Source of the DNA: a virus
Direction: 5' to 3' (one strand)
IMG/VR virus record: IMGVR_UViG_3300030099_008032
Span: 4,583 to 68,582 of that record
Length of the DNA stretch: 64,000 nucleotides
Positions 49,212-57,210 of the stretch are shown here, one piece after another (position 1 is the stretch's first letter; each line of letters opens with the position of its first letter). The notes below the pieces were generated by a model. The model searched no databases, was not told where the DNA came from, and was given only the letters and a program-made list of their open reading frames with translations. The position numbers and the translations under genes are program-made.

Positions 49212-50486
49212 ATGTCTTTACCTACATTGACTCCAGCAAGCGCTTTATCTGCGGTTGTTTTACCATCAACAGGTGACAACACAAAAGTTAATGCTGCGGT
49301 ACCTTACAAAATATATTCGGATACATCTGGCCCCTTATACTCATCGGAGTTTGTAACTGGTGCCGTCGACCAAGTTTCGCACGTTTATAAAAAGCTCGGT
49401 GGCGATGTCTTGGACATCGAACTAACAGAAGGCAATGTTTATGCTGCTTACGAGGAAGCTGTATTAGAATATTGTTATCTGATAAATATACATCAAGCAA
49501 CAAACATCCTGTCAAATACCTTAGGAAACACAACTGGAAGTTTCGACTCAAAGGGCAACATAATGTCAGGGCATTTATCATCTTCTTTGTCGGGTTCTCA
49601 CGTCGCTTTAAAGTATCCAAAATTTGACTACGCCATAGGAAGAAAAATATCAGAGGGAATCAGTGAAGATGTCGGCTTGAAAAATTCTGTTCAGTTTTCC
49701 GCAAGTTTCGACGTCCAAACTGGACAGCAGGACTACAACTTACAGGAAATAATATCAGGCTCTTCGTTAAGTGAGGACTCAGACTTTTTCAATAAGATAA
49801 AAAACAAAAAGATTTTAGTCAAGAAAGTGTATTACAAGACGCCACATGCAATGTGGAGGTTTTTTGGATACTATGGCGGACTGAACGTTGTGGGAAACCT
49901 TCACAACTATGGTCAGTTCTCTGATGATTCAACTTTTCAATTAGTACCTGCATGGCATAACAAGGCCCAAGCAATGGCGTTCGAGGATGCGATATACACT
50001 AGAATGTCTCACTTTTCTTACGAACTAAGAGACAATAAACTTAGAATATATCCGATTCCTTACACACACGGCCCTAGAAAGATGTTTGTAGATTTTTCAA
50101 TCCCTGGTGATGCTTGGGATAGCGATGACCCAAAAGTGGATGGCGTCAATAATATGAACACGCTTCCAATAGGAAACATTCCTTTCGTGAACATTAACGC
50201 AATTGGCAAGCAATGGATTCGAAGGTTTGCGCTTGCTTTATGCAAAGAGATACTAGGCCAGGTACGCTCAAAGTTTGGAACAGTGCCAATCCCTGGGGAA
50301 AGTGTAACACTAAACGGCTCAGCTTTGATAACAGAAGGAAAAGATGAGCAAGACAAGCTTAGAACGGAATTAAAAGAAACTTTAGCGGAACTAACTTATG
50401 TGAAACTATCAGAGCAGGATTCATCAAAAATCGAAAATTCAGAAAAGGTGTTGACAAAGATTCCAAACTATATTTTTGTGGGGTGA
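49212..50486 (+). CDS. gp13: Neck protein (T4 gp13-like head-tail adaptor)
   Basis: 'KKLGGDVLDIELT' and 'WIRRFALALCKEILGQVRSKF...PGESVTLNGSALITEG'. Confidence 0.85.
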   Translation: MSLPTLTPASALSAVVLPSTGDNTKVNAAVPYKIYSDTSGPLYSSEFVTGAVDQVSHVYKKLGGDVLDIELTEGNVYAAYEEAVLEYCYLINIHQATNILSNTLGNTTGSFDSKGNIMSGHLSSSLSGSHVALKYPKFDYAIGRKISEGISEDVGLKNSVQFSASFDVQTGQQDYNLQEIISGSSLSEDSDFFNKIKNKKILVKKVYYKTPHAMWRFFGYYGGLNVVGNLHNYGQFSDDSTFQLVPAWHNKAQAMAFEDAIYTRMSHFSYELRDNKLRIYPIPYTHGPRKMFVDFSIPGDAWDSDDPKVDGVNNMNTLPIGNIPFVNINAIGKQWIRRFALALCKEILGQVRSKFGTVPIPGESVTLNGSALITEGKDEQDKLRTELKETLAELTYVKLSEQDSSKIENSEKVLTKIPNYIFVG

Positions 50487-50491
50487 TATAA

Positions 50492-50983
50492 ATGTCAGAA
50501 GATAACAAGTGGTCACAACCGGATTCACCTCCCCCTCCTCTTTTTACAGGAAAGAGGGAGAAAGACTTTGTAAAGCAGATTAATGACGAGCTTATAGAAA
50601 GAGTTATTGGCCAAACAATCGTATATTACCCTATAAGCTTAGAGCACACAAGTTTTCACGATTTATATGGAGAGGCGATAGAAAAGAGCTTTTTAAGTCC
50701 AATAAGGGTGCACGCAATGGTAAAGTGGGAATCCCAACCAACCACAACAACACCTCTGGGGGTTGATAGGATAGAGAAGATATCGGTTGGATTTCACAAG
50801 AGAAGATTATCAGAAGACCAAGACCTGTTTGTTAGAGAGGGAGATTTTGTTCAGTATGGTGAAAATATGTATGAAATTTTAACACTACAAGAGCCAAAGT
50901 GGCTTTTTGGCCAGGTTGAGTCAAGCTTTGAGATAGCGGCTTCTTGTGTTAGAGCTAGAGAGGGACTTTTTAATGTCAGATAA
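50492..50983 (+). CDS. gp14: Neck protein / head closure (gp14-like)
   Basis: 'ELIERVIGQTIVYY...LYGEA..K.F', 'EGDFVQYGENMYEI'; follows gp13. Confidence 0.75.
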   Translation: MSEDNKWSQPDSPPPPLFTGKREKDFVKQINDELIERVIGQTIVYYPISLEHTSFHDLYGEAIEKSFLSPIRVHAMVKWESQPTTTTPLGVDRIEKISVGFHKRRLSEDQDLFVREGDFVQYGENMYEILTLQEPKWLFGQVESSFEIAASCVRAREGLFNVR

Positions 50984-52205
50984 CGATGGTGAGTACAAGA
51001 TTCATTTTGAGATTTCCACTGTGGAAACAATCGACCGTTCTGTCTATAACTATATAAAGTCTTTATCGCTTTCGACAACAACAAACCAGGGATTTAAGCC
51101 GGTTCCTATAATATGGGGAACAGCCGAACGCTCTTACCAGACTAAAAACAGCAAAGAAGTTAGAGACAGGCAGGGAATGCTCATATTACCCTTGATATCT
51201 ATAAGAAGGACAGGATTCAAGAAAGAGCTCCGGAGCCCTGGTATATTTCAAGGCAACGTTCCCGAAGCTTCAGATTCTCAAGGCGGTTCTTTGCATGTTC
51301 GCAGAACTCTTTTCCACCAAAAAACATTAAAATTTGCAAACGCTGACGCAAAGAAGAGCACAGGCCAAAAGAATTTCCCAACGACGCGGCCAAGCCCAAA
51401 GGTTGTATATCGAACGATAACGGTGCCCATGCCAGTTAATGTTGAGGTTATGTATGAGATAACACTTAGAACTGAATATCAGCAACAAATGAATGAGCTA
51501 ATGGTACCGTTTGTCACTAGCCCCGGGACAATAAACTATGTGCCTCTAACAGAGGGTGACCACCGGTACGAAGGCTTCATACAGGCAGATTATTCATCAA
51601 ATAGCAATCTTGATAATTTTTCAGAAGAAGAAAGAAAGTTCGAAACTAAAATAAGCATAAAAGTAATTGGCTATGTGGTATCCGAAGGCCCAAACAGAGA
51701 AAAACCTTATTATGCAGTAAGAGAAAATATCGTAGAGGTCAAGCTCCCCAGAGAAAGAATCTCTTTAGCAGAGATACCAGACCACGAATACGGGAGCTAT
51801 TATGGTCTTTCCGGCGTAACAAGAGACCAGATAGAGGCTTTATTCGGAGACCCCAAATTGCTTAATAATGTCCCTGCTGCATCTTTCTTTTCTACGGATG
51901 GCGCAGGTGGCTCGGGGGTAAATTTATCTTCTAATGTTGTTACCACAGATAACTTCTCTACAGTTTTGGCCGATAACATGGTTATCCGAGAACTTTTGAA
52001 AAATGAAGGAGATGCAGAAGGTACGAGGTTCACAACCAGCGCAAATATTAAACCTAATACTGAACAAGTCATGCTCAACGGCTTGCCCGTGCCATTCGGA
52101 GCAGTATTCCCAGGCCAATATACAGTAGAAAACTCAAATACTATAGTTTTTAACGATACTGTTTTAATTTCAGAGCATGTTATGATAACATATATTAAAG
52201 CCTAA
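50973..52205 (+). CDS. gp15: Tail terminator/sheath stabiliser (gp15-like) with a C-terminal extension
   Basis: 'VPIIWG..ER', 'LPLISIRRT', 'PMPVNVEVMYEITL'; follows gp14. ATG at 50973 is preferred over GTG at 50946. Confidence 0.7.
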   Translation: MSDNDGEYKIHFEISTVETIDRSVYNYIKSLSLSTTTNQGFKPVPIIWGTAERSYQTKNSKEVRDRQGMLILPLISIRRTGFKKELRSPGIFQGNVPEASDSQGGSLHVRRTLFHQKTLKFANADAKKSTGQKNFPTTRPSPKVVYRTITVPMPVNVEVMYEITLRTEYQQQMNELMVPFVTSPGTINYVPLTEGDHRYEGFIQADYSSNSNLDNFSEEERKFETKISIKVIGYVVSEGPNREKPYYAVRENIVEVKLPRERISLAEIPDHEYGSYYGLSGVTRDQIEALFGDPKLLNNVPAASFFSTDGAGGSGVNLSSNVVTTDNFSTVLADNMVIRELLKNEGDAEGTRFTTSANIKPNTEQVMLNGLPVPFGAVFPGQYTVENSNTIVFNDTVLISEHVMITYIKA

Positions 52206-52222
52206 ACAGAAAAGGAGAAAAA

Positions 52223-52588
52223 ATGGCAAAACCTGAAAAAATTTTAGACGAAACTACGGAGTTACCTAGCGAAGCTCCACAAGAACAGAATGAAGAACCA
52301 AAAACAATTGACGTTGTTGAAGTAGAGTGGGAAAACCTCCAGCATATTTTTGAATTTAGACAAAAGTTGGTAAATATGGAAAACTATTTTGCGAATATGT
52401 GTCTACAGTTCGAAAAGAACAAGACGAATATGATGACTCAGATTACATATGGTGAAAATGACCTATATTCCATGGCCGTTGAGCTTCAGAAGACCATGAA
52501 CGTCAGTTCGGAAATATCTTATGAATTAAAATTACCCACCGAACCCGGAGAAAAGGGTTATTTCCTCAGAAAAGACAACGAAGCTTAG
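52223..52588 (+). CDS. Hypothetical coiled-coil protein (paralogue of the 52889 ORF)
   Basis: Ends 'YELKLPTEPGEKGYFLRKD'; AAGGAG SD. Confidence 0.6.
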   Translation: MAKPEKILDETTELPSEAPQEQNEEPKTIDVVEVEWENLQHIFEFRQKLVNMENYFANMCLQFEKNKTNMMTQITYGENDLYSMAVELQKTMNVSSEISYELKLPTEPGEKGYFLRKDNEA

Positions 52589-52606
52589 GACCTACCCCAA
52601 TAACGC

Positions 52607-52614
52607 ACTATTTA
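52607..52614 (+). promoter_or_regulatory. Putative late promoter motif ACTATTTA
   Basis: Intergenic, upstream of 52639. Confidence 0.55.
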
Positions 52615-52638
52615 CTAGTAAAAGCAAACTAGGAGATA

Positions 52639-52878
52639 GTGAAAAAAATGAGCGAACAGCCTCAGCATTTTGTAACCAGCGATATCGGAATCGCTGCATA
52701 TCTGCAATTGCAGGGAATAAAGCTTCTTTCCTGCCGCAGATTAGAAAATGGAAAATTTTATTTTCAATTTGACGACACAAAGCAAGATTGTAGAATTAAG
52801 TCCTTAGAGTTTCTAGAATCTGATTTTTGCAAGTTTGATAACAATGTTAGAAACCTTAAAAAAGTTTTATTTTCATAG
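52639..52878 (+). CDS. DUF5659-like small protein
   Basis: The 'TSDIGIAAYLQLQGIKL...FYFQF' pattern is typical of DUF5659. Confidence 0.55.
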   Translation: MKKMSEQPQHFVTSDIGIAAYLQLQGIKLLSCRRLENGKFYFQFDDTKQDCRIKSLEFLESDFCKFDNNVRNLKKVLFS

Positions 52879-52888
52879 GAGTAGAATT

Positions 52889-53299
52889 ATGAGTATTTTA
52901 GACAAATTAAAAGACCTCGTTGCGTCGATGGAATCCATGGAGGATGAAGATGCACCAAAAGCTGAACCTGAACTTGAACTTGAGCCCGAGCCCGAGCCCG
53001 AACCAGAAAAAGAAGAGTCTATTGAGGAACCAGTAGACTACTTAGAATGTACAGAAGAGGAATCAGGAAAAGTTTTCGACTCAATATTAGAGGTTCGAAA
53101 ATTAAAAAGCGCCCTAGTTGAGCTTTTGATTGATTTTGAGGAAAAGAAGCACAAGATTTTAAGCTTGATAAAAGATAAGAAGAAGGAGACTTTTTCCGAA
53201 CTAAACGAGCTAAAAGAAAAGTATTCAATCCCCACAGAGGGATATTCAGTTGAGTTACCGTCCAGCCCAGAAGATAAAGTTGCTTTCAAGAAAGATTAA
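52889..53299 (+). CDS. Hypothetical protein with an EP repeat (paralogue of the 52223 ORF)
   Basis: AGGAG SD before the ATG at 52889; 'EPELELEPEPEPEPE'; ends 'YSVELPSSPEDKVAFKKD'. Confidence 0.6.
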   Translation: MSILDKLKDLVASMESMEDEDAPKAEPELELEPEPEPEPEKEESIEEPVDYLECTEEESGKVFDSILEVRKLKSALVELLIDFEEKKHKILSLIKDKKKETFSELNELKEKYSIPTEGYSVELPSSPEDKVAFKKD

Positions 53300-53384
53300 T
53301 TTTGTTTTATCCGATATTCATTTTAATTTTATAATATAATATTAATATTCAACCTGTAAACTTTTAAAAACAGGAGGATTTTAA

Positions 53385-56300
53385 ATGGCAAAAGCAACAG
53401 GCAGTATAGTTATAAACTCCAATCCTGCTAACAATACCTCAAGTATTGCAATTGATGACGGCCAGGGCAACGCGTTTAGTACCATTACTTTTATTACAAA
53501 TGGTGCATCAGCGGGCCACCCTGGAGATACTCCTAACGCAGCACCTCTGGTGTATAAGTTTGGAACAAGCACCTCAAATTCAAGGCCTTTGATGGTAGTG
53601 AATTTTGGTAATTCAAATACCACACATACATATAGTACATTTGATGACGATTGGGGCCTTGATGGCACTCGCCCGGCAAAAATGATAATATCAGATACGG
53701 TGGGTAATACTATAAGTATCCAATTTTCTACTGCAACATCCGGGCAATCTGGTACCTCAATCTTTTCAGGCACCAATTCAAATGCTCGTAAAATCTCTAC
53801 TGGGGTGTATGAGGTCGGCGCCGAGAATTGTGGAGGTTCCGCCCGTATAGGTGCAGTTATGTTTGGTGTTTTTAAGTGTGTTAAAGACGCGATTGATAAT
53901 GATAGTTTTGATGTTTCGGTGGATATAATACACTACTCCAACGGCGGCTCAGGGTCGTCTCTCTCGGATGGCAACATAAGTTATCCATATTTGAAATTGA
54001 TTTCTCCAAATAGTTCAGATTTGGGTCCCGAACATGCGGGTATTTCTGTTGGCCTTGAGAGGGCTAGTGGCACTTGGTCAGCGTCTTCTGGTACTGATTT
54101 TATGTGCATGGGAACTACTCATCAGACAACTTCGAGGCTCGTGCGCATCGATGGCCCTATCGAGGCTGCATACGCATCTCGAGCCGGCTCACATGATTCC
54201 CTTAGTTCATCCAACCTGACAGCAACGGAGCTTGCAACCGCTCTAAGGCAGCGCATTAATTCGATGCCAATCGCCATAACAGCTGCAGGTTCCGGAACGA
54301 CAGTTAGTTTAACGAATGACGCCCACGGTACAGCGGGCAATACAACCATATCAACAAATGACTCCACTAATTTTTCTGTAACTAGTTTTACAGGCGGCTC
54401 CGCAGAAGGCGGAGGCGGCGGCGGTGGAGGAGGAGGTTCTAGCGTGGCTAATCGACTAACAATTTCAGCAGAGCAGGTAGCAAAAGGTGCAGGTCTAAAG
54501 GCAGATTCTTCAACCAAACCGGCGCTCAAGCTTGATTATAACTCGTTGTCAGCTGCTTCTATTGGGCAGACTGACGTTCTTACTTTTGCGGCCGATAGTT
54601 CTAATTCGACCGTAACCAAAATTACATTTAGTGATTTTGAAGATACAATTTTTGGCGTCATTTCAGGTGACGCAACAATCGCTGCCGGTGGCGCCTTAAC
54701 CATCGCTGCAGATGCAGTTGAAGGTTCAATGCTTAACGATAATGTTATCTCTGGCCAGACAGAGTTAGCACAAGGTAGTTTGGCAGCCGCCGACGAACTC
54801 ATGATTAGTGACGGTGGCACGCTCAAGAAGTTTGGTGTCGATAGTCTTGCAAAAGACATGTTGGCTCTTACTACTGAAGCTGCTATTGCTAATGGTGACT
54901 ACATCATGTTCCTTGATGGTGGTGCATCCGGTGAGACCAAGAAGGAATCACTTGCAGACCTAGCAACTCTTTTCGCAGGTTCTGGTCTTTCTGCTACCAA
55001 CTCTGTACTAGCAGTTGACTTAAATGAGGTTTCCGCTGCCGACGTTGCGGTCGGGGCTGATAGTATCCTTTTTATTGATGCTAACGACAGCAATGCAACT
55101 AAGAAAGAAAGTATTGCGGACTTGATGACAGCTGCAGCCGGCGACGGCCTCGCGGCATCAAGTGGCGTCTTGTCTGTTGGGGTTGATGACAGCTCCATCG
55201 AGACAAATTCGGACGCTCTTCGCATTAAGGCCTCTGGTGTTACTAACGCAATGCTTGCTGGTTCAATTGTTGCTTCAAAGATGAACAATGCTATTTTTGA
55301 AGACCTTGAAACCCTCGGTGCAGCTTCAGCTGACGGTGAGTTTATCGTTGCAACAGGTGCTGGTGCCTTCGCTTACGAAAGTGGTAACACTGCCCGTACA
55401 AGTTTGGGTGTTGGCACTGGAGACAGTCCTCAGTTCACTGGCCTTACCTTGACTGGTGACCTTACAGTTGGAGGAACAACAACGACGGTTAACTCAACAG
55501 TTGTCTCTATTGCTGATTTGGCACTAGTTGTTGCTTCTGGCTCAACAAATTCTGCTATAGCCGCTGCAGACGGCGCAGGTATTTCTGTTGGCCTCGACGC
55601 AGGAAAGAGCCCATTGGCATCCTTCCTTTACGATGGAGATTCCTCAAACCCGGCATGGGACTTGTCACACGACCTCAACCTAGCCTCTGGCATGGACTTT
55701 AGAATTAATGACACCTCTGTCTTGTCGGCGGACGGTGCAGTAAAGGTCCAGTCCGGAGTCGCAGGCGCCGGCCTAGCCCACTCAGCAGGCGTTCTTTCTG
55801 TTGACATGTCCGAGTTCAGCGCAGTTACTCCTGCTGCATCTGATTCATTCTTGACGCTTGATTCTGATGGTTCAACCGAACAGAGAACAACGACCGATGC
55901 TCTAGCAACCTTGTTTGCTGGTAACGGCCTTGCAGCTGCCTCGGCAGTGTTGTCAGTCGACTTGAATGAACTTACCGCCGCGGCAGTTGATGTGGCTAAC
56001 GACTCGATAGCTATTGTAGATGCTAATGATAGCAATGCTTCCAAAAAGGAGAGTATTGCAGACTTGGCAACCGCTATGGCTGGCTCCGGCCTCTCTGCAA
56101 CATCCGGTGTCTTCGCGGTTGATTTGAATGAGGTTTCAGCGGCTGCTGTTGATGTTGCTGCTGACAGCATCCTCATCATTGATGCCAATGACAGCAATGC
56201 AACCAAGAAGGAGAGTGTCGCTGACCTGGCTACTGCCATGGCCGGTGCAGGTATCGGCGTATCCAGTGGTGTATTATCACTTGATATCGACGAACTTTCT

Positions 56301-57059
56301 GCTCTTGGCGGAACAGGTGTTGCGCAGGGTGACCACTTCGTCTTCTCAGATGACGGAACAGAGAAGAAGATTACATTCTCTAACATGGAGGATGCAATCT
56401 TTGGTAACGTCAGTGGTGATGCTACTATCGCTGCCGGCGGTGCTTTAACCATTGCTGCTGATGCAGTTGAGGGCTCAATGCTTAACGACAATGTTATTTC
56501 TGGTCAAACAGAATTAGCACATGCTGACATCGCTGATGCAGATGAATTGATGATTAGTGACGGTGGTACACTTAAGAAGGTCGGCGTCGACAGTCTTCAG
56601 AATCACTACTACGGCAATATTTCTGGCGATGCAACTGTAGCTGACGGTGGTGCTTTAACTATTGCATCCACTGCAATTGAAGGCTCAATGCTTAATAACA
56701 ATGTTATCTCAGGTCAGACTGATATTGGTGCAGCCGTGGCTGATACTGATGAAATCATGATTTCGGATGGCGGTACACTAAGAAGAGCAGACATCAGCAG
56801 ATTTAAGACTTATATCGCTGCAAACTTTGTAGAAGACGTCTTTAACTCTGGTGCTGTTGCTGTCTCCGGTGCTGTCGGTGACTTGACAGCAACACCTGCA
56901 GGTGGAGACTCAGCCCCGGACGCCATTTCTGTCTACATCAATGGTCTTTTGCAGACCCAAGATGTAGACTACTCTATTTCTGGTGCAACATTGTCTCTCA
57001 AGGGAGCAACCAGTTTGGGTGCCCAAGACGAGATGGTCGTTAAGTACATAAAGCTTTAA
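53385..57059 (+). CDS. Long repeat-rich fibre protein (tail/collar fibre)
   Basis: 1224 aa, Ala/Gly/Asp/Ser-rich, with a poly-Gly linker and two nested repeat families. AGGAGG SD. Lies between the neck and sheath genes. Confidence 0.75.
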   Translation: MAKATGSIVINSNPANNTSSIAIDDGQGNAFSTITFITNGASAGHPGDTPNAAPLVYKFGTSTSNSRPLMVVNFGNSNTTHTYSTFDDDWGLDGTRPAKMIISDTVGNTISIQFSTATSGQSGTSIFSGTNSNARKISTGVYEVGAENCGGSARIGAVMFGVFKCVKDAIDNDSFDVSVDIIHYSNGGSGSSLSDGNISYPYLKLISPNSSDLGPEHAGISVGLERASGTWSASSGTDFMCMGTTHQTTSRLVRIDGPIEAAYASRAGSHDSLSSSNLTATELATALRQRINSMPIAITAAGSGTTVSLTNDAHGTAGNTTISTNDSTNFSVTSFTGGSAEGGGGGGGGGGSSVANRLTISAEQVAKGAGLKADSSTKPALKLDYNSLSAASIGQTDVLTFAADSSNSTVTKITFSDFEDTIFGVISGDATIAAGGALTIAADAVEGSMLNDNVISGQTELAQGSLAAADELMISDGGTLKKFGVDSLAKDMLALTTEAAIANGDYIMFLDGGASGETKKESLADLATLFAGSGLSATNSVLAVDLNEVSAADVAVGADSILFIDANDSNATKKESIADLMTAAAGDGLAASSGVLSVGVDDSSIETNSDALRIKASGVTNAMLAGSIVASKMNNAIFEDLETLGAASADGEFIVATGAGAFAYESGNTARTSLGVGTGDSPQFTGLTLTGDLTVGGTTTTVNSTVVSIADLALVVASGSTNSAIAAADGAGISVGLDAGKSPLASFLYDGDSSNPAWDLSHDLNLASGMDFRINDTSVLSADGAVKVQSGVAGAGLAHSAGVLSVDMSEFSAVTPAASDSFLTLDSDGSTEQRTTTDALATLFAGNGLAAASAVLSVDLNELTAAAVDVANDSIAIVDANDSNASKKESIADLATAMAGSGLSATSGVFAVDLNEVSAAAVDVAADSILIIDANDSNATKKESVADLATAMAGAGIGVSSGVLSLDIDELSALGGTGVAQGDHFVFSDDGTEKKITFSNMEDAIFGNVSGDATIAAGGALTIAADAVEGSMLNDNVISGQTELAHADIADADELMISDGGTLKKVGVDSLQNHYYGNISGDATVADGGALTIASTAIEGSMLNNNVISGQTDIGAAVADTDEIMISDGGTLRRADISRFKTYIAANFVEDVFNSGAVAVSGAVGDLTATPAGGDSAPDAISVYINGLLQTQDVDYSISGATLSLKGATSLGAQDEMVVKYIKL
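54617..56790 (+). repeat. Internal repeats of the fibre gene
   Basis: 'ISGDATIAAGGALTIAADAVEGSMLNDNVISGQT...DELMISDGGTL' occurs 3 times (about 54660, 56410, 56620). 'VDLNE.SAA.V.V..DSI...DANDSNA.KKES.ADL' occurs 3 times (about 55015, 55955, 56120). Confidence 0.85.
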
Positions 57060-57093
57060 AGTTTTATTACTTTCCCGCCTTTGTGTCCCTCAA

Positions 57094-57134
57094 AACACCC
57101 CGGTTTCTGCCGGGGTGTTCTTTTTCTTTCTTTT
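57094..57134 (+). terminator. Rho-independent terminator after the fibre gene
   Basis: AACACCCCGG-tttctg-CCGGGGTGTT stem-loop plus a T-rich tail. Confidence 0.85.
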
Positions 57135-57155
57135 ATTCTTTTGAAAGATAGTAAA

Positions 57156-57163
57156 ACTATTTA
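57156..57163 (+). promoter_or_regulatory. Putative late promoter motif ACTATTTA
   Basis: Between the terminator and the sheath gene. Shares the extension ACTATTTACTAAAG with the 1895 copy. Confidence 0.6.
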
Positions 57164-57210
57164 CTAAAGTGATATCCCTATTTTAGTACCTTTTGAGGAG
57201 AATACTCGAT

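Noticed and set aside
53300-53384. AT-rich intergenic stretch as an origin or ncRNA
   Set aside because: Only about 85 bp, with no iterons or stable structure visible. No tRNA or rRNA was seen here or elsewhere in the window.
54617-56790. Periodic repeats as a CRISPR array
   Set aside because: The repeats are long, degenerate at third codon positions and in frame within a gene. There is no repeat-spacer structure and no cas gene.
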